DNA of 64,000 nt from an uncultured Nitrososphaerota archaeon. Lineage in GTDB: Archaea > Thermoproteota > Nitrososphaeria > Nitrososphaerales > CADDZS01. This document shows positions 32,086-42,697 of the stretch, in pieces. A model generated the notes under the pieces. The model saw only the letters and a program-made list of their open reading frames with translations. It made no database searches and had not been told where the DNA came from. The position numbers and the translations under genes are program-made. The DNA lies in contig CAWCYI010000007.1 in assembly GCA_963799845.1 (NCBI GenBank), forward strand, positions 153,617 to 217,616. Reading direction: 5' to 3'. The first letter of the stretch is position 1, and each line of letters starts with the position of its first letter.

Positions 32086-32706
32086 ATGCCCAAAAGCGAT
32101 CCTCCAAATGAAGATGAAGTTAAAAAGGCCGCAGAGATGCGTGAGTGGTTGGAGGAGAAGATCGCCGAAGCTGAGAGGGAGCTATCACGCCTGAGAGACA
32201 TGCAATCAATGGTTGATTCAATACTTCGAAAAAACAGTTTCGTTCCTGCAACTGAGCTACGCTCAAACTCGTCTAGTCCTTCGAAGCCTCTATCTTCGGA
32301 AAAAACTGGAACCGCAGTGAAATCGGAGATTCAAACTCCGACCGTCAAGAATTCAGAGGAGCCCCGACAACTTCGGCGCTCGAATGATGGGAAGCTCATT
32401 GCGACTGCTTTCGTCACGCCGGAAAAAATTGTCGTTGTCCCGAGCAGTGACGTTAAAGTTTCACAAACCATACCACCATTTCAGAATTTTTTCGTCAACA
32501 GAATCGTCAAAGGCTACGAATTAAAAGATCAAGAACTTGTTTCCGCTGGAAAGCTTGATTCGCAACAAGCCCTAAAATTTGCTATCGAGGAGTCCGACGG
32601 AAATATTAGCAAGGTTACGATCGAAAACTATAGAGAGAAAGTCAGACTCAATGAAATACTGAGCACTATCAATTGGGCCTTCACTAGAATGCTGGAAAAA
32701 AAATAG
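32086..32706 (+). CDS. hypothetical protein (N-terminal coiled coil)
   Basis: PPFQNFF...NY...WAFTRMLEK. Confidence 0.7.
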   Translation: MPKSDPPNEDEVKKAAEMREWLEEKIAEAERELSRLRDMQSMVDSILRKNSFVPATELRSNSSSPSKPLSSEKTGTAVKSEIQTPTVKNSEEPRQLRRSNDGKLIATAFVTPEKIVVVPSSDVKVSQTIPPFQNFFVNRIVKGYELKDQELVSAGKLDSQQALKFAIEESDGNISKVTIENYREKVRLNEILSTINWAFTRMLEKK

Positions 32707-32790
32707 GCCCTTCGAGGCCTCGATCAATAATAAAGCCTTATAGCAATCTTTCGATATTACAAATTCGGCAAGGGAGAAATTAGTAGTCTT

Positions 32791-34248
32791 TTGCCAGCCG
32801 ACTTTTATTCTAAGCTTGTAAACGCCCGCGGCGTTTACACATTCCGCGACTTTGTGTTGCTTCCCGGAAGAAGCGATCTAGAACCTTCGAATGTCGATCT
32901 TTCTATCAATCTGACCTCTAAACTGAAGTTGAACCTTCCGCTTGTTTCGTCGCCCATGGATACCGTGACTGAAGCAGACATGGCTATCGCACTAGCGAGA
33001 CAAGGCGGGATCGGGATCATTCATCGAAACATGTCGATCGAAGAGCAGGTGGAAAACGCGAAGAAAGTAAAGCGCGCTGAATCCTTCATAATCCGTGACG
33101 TCGTGACAATAAGGTCCTACCAGAAAGTTTCGGAAGCCTTTGAACTGATGCAGAAAAACAGCATTTCCGGCCTCCCGGTTGTTGAAGGGGAGGATACTCT
33201 TGTAGGAATCCTGACCAGGAGGGACGTGAACTTTGCGGATCAAGGAGATGACGTGAAATCCGTAATGACGAGCGACGTAAAGTCGGCCGGGCCGGACGTA
33301 ACAATCGAAGAGGCAAAGAAGATAATGCATCACCACAGGGTCGAAAAACTGCCCGTTGTGAACAACAATCGTAAACTCCTCGGCTTGATCACGATCAAGG
33401 ACGTTTATTCCCGAGAGCGTAATTCCCTAGCTTCTCGAGACTCGGAAGGCAGACTGCTCGTCGGAGCTGCGATCTCGCCGCACGATCTCGAAAGGGCGAA
33501 GGCTCTTGAGAAATACGTGGATGTCCTGGTTTCGGACGTCGCACACTTCCACAACGTCAACATTATCGAAGCTGCAAAAAAACTGACGAGAGAGGTCGGA
33601 ACTGAATTAATTATCGGTAACATCGGAACTGCAGAAGCAACACGCGATTCGGTTACCTCCCTCGACGGAAAGATCGCTGCAATTCGCGCGGGAGTGGGTT
33701 CCGGTTCGATATGTGTTACTTCCGAAGTTACTAAAGCTGGCGCACCAACGCTATTTGCCGTCGCCCAAATCGGCGAGACTCTCGACGAGCTCGGGCTGAA
33801 TGTTCCGATCATCGCCGACGGTGGGATAAGGGCGGCGGGCGATGCTGCGCTTGCCCTAGCTTCTGGAGCTTCAGCAGTGATGATGGGAAACGTCTTTGCT
33901 GGCTGTACCGAATCGCCCGGCGGCTTAATCAAGATCGGAGGAAAATACTACAAACCTTACCGGGGAATGGGAAGTATATCGTCAAGGCAAAAACGCTTTG
34001 CAATGGATCGCTACAACCAGCCCGCAAAGGGAATCGCGGAAGGGGTAGAGGGAGTCGTGCCTTACAGGGGAGACGTTCAAACCGTGGTTGAAGAGTTCAG
34101 TGCGGGTCTCAGAGCTTCTTTTGGTTATGCCGGAGCTGGCTCCATAGTTGATCTCTGGAGTAAAGCAAAGTTCGGCGCGGTGAGCGCGGCCGGAGTCGAC
34201 GAGCTCAGACCCCACAACATCATCTTGCCTGGCGAAGAGAAGATTTAG
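32791..34248 (+). CDS. guaB: IMP dehydrogenase
   Basis: SSPMDTVTE; CBS pair; GSGSICVT; IADGG; YRGMGS. Confidence 0.97.
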   Translation: MPADFYSKLVNARGVYTFRDFVLLPGRSDLEPSNVDLSINLTSKLKLNLPLVSSPMDTVTEADMAIALARQGGIGIIHRNMSIEEQVENAKKVKRAESFIIRDVVTIRSYQKVSEAFELMQKNSISGLPVVEGEDTLVGILTRRDVNFADQGDDVKSVMTSDVKSAGPDVTIEEAKKIMHHHRVEKLPVVNNNRKLLGLITIKDVYSRERNSLASRDSEGRLLVGAAISPHDLERAKALEKYVDVLVSDVAHFHNVNIIEAAKKLTREVGTELIIGNIGTAEATRDSVTSLDGKIAAIRAGVGSGSICVTSEVTKAGAPTLFAVAQIGETLDELGLNVPIIADGGIRAAGDAALALASGASAVMMGNVFAGCTESPGGLIKIGGKYYKPYRGMGSISSRQKRFAMDRYNQPAKGIAEGVEGVVPYRGDVQTVVEEFSAGLRASFGYAGAGSIVDLWSKAKFGAVSAAGVDELRPHNIILPGEEKI

Positions 34249-34253
34249 GCGGC

Positions 34254-35804
34254 TTGCCTTCTTCTGACTCTCTGGATAGGATTCTTGTTCTAGACTTTGG
34301 TGCTCAATATGCCCATCTGATATGCAGGCGGATTCGCGAGCTCGGCGTTTTCGCAGAACTTGTTCCGTTCGACATCTCGCGGGAGGAGGTTACAGCCAAG
34401 AAATCCCGAGGGCTAATCTTTTCCGGAGGACCAAGGAGTGTATTTTCGCGAGGGGCTCCTCTTCCCGGAGAATCACTCTACGAACTTGGAATTCCGGTCC
34501 TCGGAATCTGCTATGGACTTCAAGCGCTTGTGCATCAGAAAGGGGGTGCAGTAGTCAGATCTTCGAAGAAGGAGTTCGGCAAGGCTGTTGTCAATTTTGA
34601 TTCTAACTCTGCCTTGTTCTCGGGATTGGGCGAAACTTCTGTATGCTGGATGAGCCATGGAGACGCGGCGCAATCTCTCCCCGACGGGTTTGCCTCAATT
34701 GCTTTTAGTGAAAACTCTCCCTATGCTGCGATATCATCCGGAAACCTGTTTGCAGTCCAATTTCATCCAGAGGTAACTCAAACCGAAAACGGGATGCAGA
34801 TCCTTTCAAATTTCGTATTCGGCGTTTGCAAGTGCGAGAAAAACTGGACGCCCAAGGTCATGATTGAAGATGCTCTTGATATCCTCGAACGCAAGATCGG
34901 GCCGAATGAGAAAGTAATTTGCGCACTGAGCGGCGGAATTGATTCAGCAACTACCGCCGAACTACTGAAGAGGGTCATCGGCAAAAGGCTTTACTGCGTG
35001 TTTGTCGATCACGGCCTTTTACGTAAAGGAGAGCGGGACAAAATCAGCTCGATCTTTGGTCGTGAACTGGGAAAGAACTTGATAATTCTTGATGACTCGA
35101 AAATTTTCCTGTCCAAACTCAAAGGTGTGAAAGATCCGGAAAGAAAAAGGCAAATAGTTGGAAGGCAGTTCATCAAATCGTTTACAAAAGTTAGTAAGAG
35201 GATTGGAGGGATCAGGTGGTTGGCACAGGGTACTCTTTACACAGACATTATCGAAAGTGCGGCGGGAGCTTCAAAACACGAGGCCAAGATCAAGTCTCAC
35301 CATAACGTCGGCGGACTTCCCAAGAACCTTGGTTTCGAGCTGATCGAGCCTCTCAGAGATCTCTACAAGGATGAAGTGCGCGAGGTAGCTTCGGCTTTGG
35401 GTTTGCCCCAGGAACTTGTAAGAACACACCCGTTTCCGGGGCCCGGGCTCTCGGTCAGGATCATCGGAGAGGTTACAAAAGAGAAACTACGGATCTGCCG
35501 GGATGCGAGCGCTATTGTCGAAGAGGAATTGATCAGAGCTGGCCTCTACAATAAGGTCTGGCAGGCTTACGCCGCGGTTGGTGACGATCTTGCTACGGGA
35601 GTTCTAGGCGATGAAAGAAAGGTCGGCCACATTGCAATAGTCAGGATGGTCGAGTCGAAGGAAGCGATGACAGCGGACTGGAGCAGAGTCCCTTACACCA
35701 TACTCGAAAAAATCAGTTCCAGGATTACGAACGAAGTGCCTGGGGTCACGTGGGTGACGTATGCTATATGCAGCAAGCCGCCTTCGACGATAGAACCGCA
35801 GTAA
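34254..35804 (+). CDS. guaA: GMP synthase (fused GATase and ATPPase)
   Basis: GICYG; QFHPEV; SGGIDS; KSHHNVGG; HPFPGPG. Confidence 0.97.
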   Translation: MPSSDSLDRILVLDFGAQYAHLICRRIRELGVFAELVPFDISREEVTAKKSRGLIFSGGPRSVFSRGAPLPGESLYELGIPVLGICYGLQALVHQKGGAVVRSSKKEFGKAVVNFDSNSALFSGLGETSVCWMSHGDAAQSLPDGFASIAFSENSPYAAISSGNLFAVQFHPEVTQTENGMQILSNFVFGVCKCEKNWTPKVMIEDALDILERKIGPNEKVICALSGGIDSATTAELLKRVIGKRLYCVFVDHGLLRKGERDKISSIFGRELGKNLIILDDSKIFLSKLKGVKDPERKRQIVGRQFIKSFTKVSKRIGGIRWLAQGTLYTDIIESAAGASKHEAKIKSHHNVGGLPKNLGFELIEPLRDLYKDEVREVASALGLPQELVRTHPFPGPGLSVRIIGEVTKEKLRICRDASAIVEEELIRAGLYNKVWQAYAAVGDDLATGVLGDERKVGHIAIVRMVESKEAMTADWSRVPYTILEKISSRITNEVPGVTWVTYAICSKPPSTIEPQ

Positions 35805-36953
35805 CTAAGGTGCTTGAGCCCTCAGAAATTCCAGGACTTCAGGCGTTGTCGGGGAAATCATACTGTCCCGTGAAACGTATAGTCCGGCCGCGCCGTTTGC
35901 GAGAGTCAGGCGATCCTCGTCTTCCAGGCCGGTCATATATCCAACCAAGTCGGCGGCGTCCCATACATCTCCCGCCCCGGTTATCGTTTTCTGTTTGAGG
36001 CGATTGCACTGGACCAGGGTAATCTCCTTCCTAAAGCATGAGACGCAGAACCGGTGGGTGTGGATGTCCACTCTTTCTCCAGTAAGATCTGCAAGTATCC
36101 GGATCGTCTTTTTGAGATCCTTTTCTGAATAATTCTGCGGGAGACGGTGGCCAGCAAGGACTCCTGACATTATTCTTGCTTCGTTATCGTTCATGCTGAA
36201 ATATTGGATCAGGCCCCTGTCCAGCACTTTTTTCTTCAGTTCAGGCAGATCCTCAGCTTTTTCAGATACATCAGCCGGATCGAAAAACGTCTTGGTCCCA
36301 CTTTTCTTCGCAAAGGTAAAGATGCTCTCAGCAAGTTCCGATCCTTTTTTGATCGATCCCCAGTTTACCAGGCCGACGTAATCAGAGTCCGCGATTCTCC
36401 GCCAGTGACCGTCCTGGATCTTCGAGCTATCAAAATCTTTGAGATCTCCAGCATCGCTGACCATAACGTTGACAATCCTTTTCCCCTTCTTGAACTCCAG
36501 TGCCACTGTAAATCCCGGATCTCCCTCAATGATGTCAAGATTAACCTTCGAAAGCTTGCGAAATGTAGATCTCAACATTTCAGCTGGGAGCGAATTTGCG
36601 ATCGTGATGAGGTTTGCATTTACGCCAAGAGAGCCGAGCGCATAGGCTAGATTCACGGCGTTCCCGCCCTTTACCTCGGACTGGCGCACTCCCCTGATGC
36701 TTCCCCCACCTCCCTCCCTTCCCTTTCCTTCGATAGCCCTCGCGAGCTCGCCAAAGTTTTCAATACGAACGAATCGGTCGACAAAATAATCGGGAAGGAC
36801 CGTGATAGTGCCGGAGTTTGTTACCTTGGCCAGAGCGGCCTGGATTCTCTCTAGATTGTCAATTGAGTTCAAATTTCTGGCCTTCGGAGGGATCCTGTCG
36901 TTTCTCTTTATTTCTGGAATTAAGCAAATTGTAAGTCTATTCCAGCAAATCAT
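35805..36953 (-). CDS. PfkB family carbohydrate kinase
   Basis: GGNAVN; FFDPAD; TGAGDVW (true start probably downstream). Confidence 0.85.
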   Translation of the reverse strand: MICWNRLTICLIPEIKRNDRIPPKARNLNSIDNLERIQAALAKVTNSGTITVLPDYFVDRFVRIENFGELARAIEGKGREGGGGSIRGVRQSEVKGGNAVNLAYALGSLGVNANLITIANSLPAEMLRSTFRKLSKVNLDIIEGDPGFTVALEFKKGKRIVNVMVSDAGDLKDFDSSKIQDGHWRRIADSDYVGLVNWGSIKKGSELAESIFTFAKKSGTKTFFDPADVSEKAEDLPELKKKVLDRGLIQYFSMNDNEARIMSGVLAGHRLPQNYSEKDLKKTIRILADLTGERVDIHTHRFCVSCFRKEITLVQCNRLKQKTITGAGDVWDAADLVGYMTGLEDEDRLTLANGAAGLYVSRDSMISPTTPEVLEFLRAQAP

Positions 36954-36984
36954 TTTTTAGCGTGGTAGGGAATAAGCCCTCTCA

Positions 36985-37397
36985 ATGTCGTCCTCGGGCT
37001 ATCTCAAACGCGAGTCGCTGGTTGGAAAGTCGGTCGTTGCAAGAAACGCGGTAATAATCGGGACGGTCTCTGACCTCGCGGTATCTTTGGACGGTAAAGT
37101 CGCTATCCAAGTCCAAAGAAAGACCACCGCGGATGGGACGGATTCTGGTGATATATTCGTCGGCCCCGACGAGATTCAGGCGGTTGGCGACGTTATTCTC
37201 CTAAAGACCACGTCCGACATGGCCGGAAAGGGAGTGTCTCTGCACCTGCGCCGGTAATGCCTCAAACTGTTCCAGGTTCAGTTATGCCTCCACCGCCACC
37301 GGGAGTGTCCTCACAGGGCAAGGCCTGTCAAAAATGCGGGTATGTGAACGCGCCAAACGCGAAGTTCTGCATAAAGTGCGGCGCGGCCCTTCAATGA
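36985..37397 (+). CDS. PRC-barrel / Pro-rich linker / zinc-ribbon protein (one base missing near 37240)
   Basis: LVGKSVV...IGTVSDL...AVGDVILL; the other frame gives PPPPP...CQKCGYVNAPNAKFCIKCG. Confidence 0.8.
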
Positions 37398-37404
37398 ACG
37401 ATTT

Positions 37405-38607
37405 CTAACTTAGAGCAAACTCGATTCTGCTAAACTCGGACACTAGCTTGTGCACGCGAGCTCTAATTTCATCTCTCGGTTTTTTCTGAATTAATGCGTC
37501 CGCAATAATTGATCCGATTTTTTCCATTTCATCCTCCTTCATTCCCCGTCTGGTGACTTCGGCAGTTCCCAGCCTGATACCGATGTCAGCGATAATGTCG
37601 AGGTCCTGTAACCTGTCAGCTATGTCCACGGATTCCTCCTCACCGTAGTCCAGGAGAACCTGGTGCGATTTTGTAAATCCAACTGATTTGCACTTTACGG
37701 CGACGCCGAGATCGTCGAGAGTTTTTGCAAGCGCCCCCGAATTTCTGATTACCTGCTTGGCGTACTGCCTGCCAAATTTCAAGAGCTCAATCAGGGCGAA
37801 AGCGAGGCCTGCAACCCGGTTCACATGGATGTTGTCGACAATTCCCGGAAAAACTTTGGAATCAATTACAGAGAAGGCCGCCTCATCGTTCGAAAGTATC
37901 AGGCCGCCCTGCGGACCAAACAAGGTTTTGTGAGTTGATCCCATCAAAATGCTGCAGCCCTCCGTCAAGGGTCGTTGAAATTCTCCACCTGCAATCAGCC
38001 CCATGACGTGGGAACCATCGTAAGCGGTTACTCCAGAATAGTTTTCGGGAAGAGAGGACCTGATCTCGTACGGAAATGGAATAAAGCTCGAGCCAAAGAC
38101 TGTGAGCTCGGGAGATTCTTTCCCGATATATTCCCTCGTCCGGTCAGGAATTATGTTCATTATTTCCGGATCGTATGGAAAGTAGAGGTTCTTCAGGTGG
38201 AGAAGCGGCCCCAGCCCTTCCTTCGAGGAGCCCGGATAACCGCCGTGTTTCGGAGGGCAGGTGACTACTTTGTCCCCCGGTTTCAAGAACGACATGAATA
38301 GTATCAACGAGCAGGTGTGACCGGACAGAGGACGAACATCTGCAAACTTTGCTCCGTATACCTTCTTTGCCAGATCTACAGCCAGCTGCTCTACTTCCTC
38401 CGCGTACTTTGTGCCGCGGTAGAACTTGTCGCGCGCCGTATAGCGGTTCGATAGGTCAGTGGAGAGAAAAGATCTTGCTCCTTCGCTCGCAAAATTCTCG
38501 GCTGCGAGCAAGTTTAAAGTGGTCTTTGTGCGCCACCTTTCATGTTCGCTGACGGAGCTTCTGAGCCTCGAAACATAATCGATAATTTCATCTTCCGATG
38601 TCGACAT
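37405..38607 (-). CDS. glyA: serine hydroxymethyltransferase
   Basis: LLAAEN; YDGSHVMGLIAG; STHKTLFGPQGG; IRLGTAEVTRRG. Confidence 0.96.
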   Translation of the reverse strand: MSTSEDEIIDYVSRLRSSVSEHERWRTKTTLNLLAAENFASEGARSFLSTDLSNRYTARDKFYRGTKYAEEVEQLAVDLAKKVYGAKFADVRPLSGHTCSLILFMSFLKPGDKVVTCPPKHGGYPGSSKEGLGPLLHLKNLYFPYDPEIMNIIPDRTREYIGKESPELTVFGSSFIPFPYEIRSSLPENYSGVTAYDGSHVMGLIAGGEFQRPLTEGCSILMGSTHKTLFGPQGGLILSNDEAAFSVIDSKVFPGIVDNIHVNRVAGLAFALIELLKFGRQYAKQVIRNSGALAKTLDDLGVAVKCKSVGFTKSHQVLLDYGEEESVDIADRLQDLDIIADIGIRLGTAEVTRRGMKEDEMEKIGSIIADALIQKKPRDEIRARVHKLVSEFSRIEFALS

Positions 38608-38619
38608 TCTTCTCTCGCC

Positions 38620-39453
38620 CTACTCGCTATTCTTCACGAACAGCTCAAGCATCCTTCCTGAGACGTATCCATCTCTGTCAATCTCTACGCTATCGTATCC
38701 AATCACCCGCAGCATGCCAGAAATTTGTTGTTTTTTCTCCAAAGCGATCGGGACAGATTCCTTGTCCACTTCAACTATTGCATTTTTGCCAATCGTTCTT
38801 ACTCGGACTATCCTCGCGGTCGTCAAAGATTTCACAATGCTCTCGGCCATTTCGATTTTGTTCAAGGTATCGAGAGATATTTTCTGCCCAAAAGCAATCC
38901 GACTCGAGAGACATGCTTCGCTCGGTCGTTCCCAGTTTGAGAGTCCCAGGAGCTTTGCCATCTGGCGCACGTCGTTTTTTCCAAAGTGCAACTCCGCCAG
39001 TGGGGCCCTAAAGCCAGCTTCGTGTAGCGCCTTGATACCAGGCCTTGGAGTTTGCATATCGTCAATGTGTGTACCATCGACGCAGACATTTATCGATAGT
39101 CTTTTGGCGACCGGTCGAATAGCGGCTGCCAAGTTAGATCGACAGAAATAGCACCGCATTACCTCATTTTTTACGTAGTTTTGATCCTCAAGATCATTCT
39201 GGCTAACCTCAAGCAATTGAATCCCAATCTCACTGGCAATCTTCCTGGCTTCTTCTCTCTCCGACGTGGAAAATGTGGGTGAAATCGATGTCACTGCAAA
39301 AGCTCTGTCTCCCAAGACTTTTCTGGAAACCGCTGCGAGAAGAGACGAATCGACTCCCGCGGAAAATGCAACGATGCAGGAATCAAAGTTCTCAAACCAT
39401 TTCGTGAGGAGCTTGAGATTCGCTTCTGCCTGTAACGACTCTGAAATATTCAT
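38620..39453 (-). CDS. larE: ATP-dependent sulfur transferase LarE
   Basis: AFSAGVDS PP-loop; RCYFC; RPG; ACLSSRI. Confidence 0.92.
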   Translation of the reverse strand: MNISESLQAEANLKLLTKWFENFDSCIVAFSAGVDSSLLAAVSRKVLGDRAFAVTSISPTFSTSEREEARKIASEIGIQLLEVSQNDLEDQNYVKNEVMRCYFCRSNLAAAIRPVAKRLSINVCVDGTHIDDMQTPRPGIKALHEAGFRAPLAELHFGKNDVRQMAKLLGLSNWERPSEACLSSRIAFGQKISLDTLNKIEMAESIVKSLTTARIVRVRTIGKNAIVEVDKESVPIALEKKQQISGMLRVIGYDSVEIDRDGYVSGRMLELFVKNSE

Positions 39454-39471
39454 TTGGTTATCTCCGGCAAG

Positions 39472-39981
39472 TCAAAAATCCTTAATTTCAGATTCGGCCG
39501 TCCTTGAAATGAATTCCAGTACTCGTCTCAGAGGAATTTTCTGGCTGTCTGAAATCCGCTTTGCCTCGGAGAGTTCTGGCTTTATTCTCAAGCCTGAACC
39601 AATTCTGGAAACTTTTACCGAAACTCGCCCTTTAAATTTGCCAATTCTAACGGGTACAGATAGAACGCGCCTCGGAACGATCAGTCGTGTCCATTCCGTA
39701 GTTTTTACTCCCAGAGTACCAGTCTCTTCCACCAGGATCTCAGCAAACTGTTCGGCCGAACCCCTCGAACAGACAACTCTCATGGTTTGACCGATCCTGC
39801 CCTTTTTCCCCATAAACGAGCTTACCGTAGCATCCAGCGCACCCTCTTCCATCAATCGTTCGACCGTCCTCGCAAGGACTTCTCCAGTAACGTCATCCAC
39901 GTTTGTTTCGACGAGCGCGACAATATCTCTTTCGAAATCGATCTTGGAGCGATTTGATTTTTTTCGCGCGGGTTCAGGCAC
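39472..39981 (-). CDS. larC: LarC C-terminal domain only (nickel insertase LarC2-like)
   Basis: ETNVDD; MGKKGR; ETGTLGV; IKPE; no His-rich N-terminal half. Confidence 0.82.
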   Translation of the reverse strand: MPEPARKKSNRSKIDFERDIVALVETNVDDVTGEVLARTVERLMEEGALDATVSSFMGKKGRIGQTMRVVCSRGSAEQFAEILVEETGTLGVKTTEWTRLIVPRRVLSVPVRIGKFKGRVSVKVSRIGSGLRIKPELSEAKRISDSQKIPLRRVLEFISRTAESEIKDF

Positions 39982-40130
39982 TTAAGATTCGAATGTAAAG
40001 AGTCTACTTTGCGTTTAAGAATTGTGCCTCTCAGAAAAATAATCCAGGAAATCAAACTACACCCTAATTCTAAAACGCTTTTTAAGTGATTTTTGAAAAG
40101 CTCTTACTCAAAGAAGGTCGTTGAGGTTTC

Positions 40131-41040
40131 TTGATTTCGATTATCGGCTCAGGACGCGTCGGAAGTACACTGAGCTATGATTTTGGTCCAGCGGAATGTG
40201 GACGATATTACTCTTGTAGATATCATTCCGGGCCTGCCCGAAGGCGAAGCACTCGACCTCAGTCACATGGCAGCCGAGCTTGGAATTGATGTAAAGATCA
40301 CCGGCTCGAACGATTATTCAGCTCTTGGAGGCTCGAATATTGTGGTTGTTACTGCAGGTCTGGCTCGAAAACCGGGCATGACCCGCATGGATCTGCTGAC
40401 GAAGAACGCAGGAATCATAAAGTCAGTCACCGCCGAAGTTGCGAAATACGCCCCGGATTCGAAGCTGATAATGGTGACAAATCCCCTCGATGTGATGACC
40501 TATGTTGCCCTAAAGACCACTGGATTCAAGAAAAGCAGAGTCTTTGGAATGGGAGGCATGCTCGATCTATCTCGCTTCAAGCAGCTACTTTCAGAAGAAC
40601 TTCACGTTTCGAGAGCCTCCATCGATGCTCTAGTTCTGGGCGAGCATGGGGAGTCAATGACACCGGTTCCAAGCTACACGTCGGTCAATGGGATACCCCT
40701 CAGGAACTTCCTGACCGATGAGCAGATTGACGTTGCCATTGATAAGACGAGAAAAATCGCGGCGGAGGTGATTGCTAAGAAAGGAGCAACGTTCTACGCG
40801 CCCGGAAACGGGATAGCCAGGATGGTCGAGGCTGTTTTCTACGATAAGAAAGCCCTGCTGCCGGTCTCGGCATACCTCGAAGGGGAGTACGGCCTGTACG
40901 ACATATGCATTGGAGTGCCCGCGATTATCGGGAAAGAGGGCGTCGAAAAAATTGTCGAACTTGAGCTCAGAGGAAAGGAAAAAGAATCGTTCGAAAAAGG
41001 CGCAGCTACCCTGAAGGAAGCAATCGCTGCAATACCCTAA
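40131..41040 (+). CDS. mdh: malate dehydrogenase, LDH-like (apparent extra base at ~40172)
   Basis: MISIIGSGRVGSTL joins AMILVQ; TAGLARKPGMTRMDL; TNPLD; GEHG. Confidence 0.93.
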
Positions 41041-41381
41041 CCATACCGTAGAGATAGACCGCGTCCCCATCTCGGATATTTCCATTCAATGTTCGTGTAA
41101 GGGCAGATTATCCTGCACGCTCCGCATTCTACACAGTTGTCATACGAAACGATATTTTTCTTCCCTTCCTCCCACTTGTAAACGTCTGCTGGGCACAGTA
41201 TCATGCAGGGCTGAGGCGAGCCATTTATCGTCGCGCATTTCTGGCAAACGTCCTGATCTAAGATCAGGAGATGCGGGCGCTCGTCGAGCTTGTACTTTGC
41301 GAGGTACAGCTTCTCCTCAACCGATACCTTGGCTTCCTTCTGCGGTGCTGGACTCGCCGTCTGGGTGGTCGTGGTGCTCAT
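41037..41381 (-). CDS. fixX: FixX-like ferredoxin
   Basis: CPADVY; CVECGACRIICP; WKYPRWG. Confidence 0.88.
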   Translation of the reverse strand: MSTTTTQTASPAPQKEAKVSVEEKLYLAKYKLDERPHLLILDQDVCQKCATINGSPQPCMILCPADVYKWEEGKKNIVSYDNCVECGACRIICPYTNIEWKYPRWGRGLSLRYG

Positions 41382-41396
41382 AATACTAAATCACCG

Positions 41397-42681
41397 TCAA
41401 GTTGCTCTTCTGTAAATCCCATACAGATCTCTAAGGAGGCCCAATCGACCCCTCTTCGTGTAGAGCTCGTTCTTGATTTCCTTGATATGTTCCTCCTTGG
41501 GTCTGCCGTCGACTTCGAGGAATTTGTAAAGGACGCTGTTCATCAACTCAGGATACAGTGTGAGGAACTGCTTGTGCGATGCAATGTAATGTGGAACTTC
41601 CCTGAACTTCTTCAGGTCACGCAATACGAAGCTGTTTTCAAGATAGGCGCGATACGTGGCTAGCTGTTCGTGACCGAACGAGCCGGATTTTTTCGCATCC
41701 AAGGCCGCCTGCCCAGCAAACTTGCCGGATATCATCGCAAAGTTTGTGCCCTCAAAATTTAGAGCATTAACCAGTCCTGCCGCGTCCCCGGCGACCATCA
41801 TTCCGTCAGTGTAAAGCGGCGGTATCTTGTTGTATCCTCCCTCCGGGATCAGGTGGGCAGTGTATTCTCGTAATGCTGTCCCTTCTAGAAGTGGCTTGAT
41901 CGACGGGTGGGATTTCATCCATTCCAGAAGATCCTGCGGTCGAGTCTTGAACGCCGCGAGATCGCTCATAATCGCGCCGATACCAAATGAGATGGTGTCT
42001 TTGTTCGTATACATGAACCCGGCGTATTCTTCGTTCCGGCCGCCGTAAAACTGGACTGCAACTCCCTCGTCGCCCCGAATATTGAAGCGCTCCTCGATTT
42101 TGTCTTTCGGAAGGGAATAGGTTTCTTTTACTGCAATCGCGGTGTCTTCGGGCTCCCACTCGTTGTGCAGCCCGGCTCCCTTTGATACTAGAGAATTTAC
42201 TCCGTCACACGCAATGACAACATCAGCGAGAAGGTCTCCCCTGTCGGTTGAAACTCCGTTTATCTCTCCGCCGGCGTCTCGCAAGACACCAGTGACGGTC
42301 GTCCTCGGAAGAAGGAGCGCTCCTGCAGCTTCCGCCTGCTGGGCGAACCACTTGTCAAACCTCGCTCTGAGAGCGGTGAAGCTGTTAAAGTCCTTCACAA
42401 ATTTTTGATTACGATGGTTTATCTGAACGTGTGATTCGGCAGAAAGGAGCCAGTACCTGGTACTCGATGACTCGTCGTTCAATCGGAGCAGTCTTCCAGA
42501 ATTCCGGAACGATTTGAGCAGTTGGTTTTGTGAACACTATCCCTCCGAACATGTTCTTGCTTCCGGCAAAATCTCCCCGTTCCAACATGACCGTGCTCAT
42601 TCCACCCTTTGCAGTCGTAATCGCTGCTGAAACTCCGGCAGGGCCTGCGCCCACGATTAGTGCTTCGTACTTTTCGACCAT
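41397..42681 (-). CDS. fixC: FixC-like ETF:quinone oxidoreductase (apparent extra base at ~42455)
   Basis: GAGPAG; GSKNMFGG; RARFDKW; AHLIPEGG; AGDAAG; two ORFs join at IEY|(R/Q)YWLL. Confidence 0.9.
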
Positions 42682-42697
42682 AAACCAAAACCAGTAC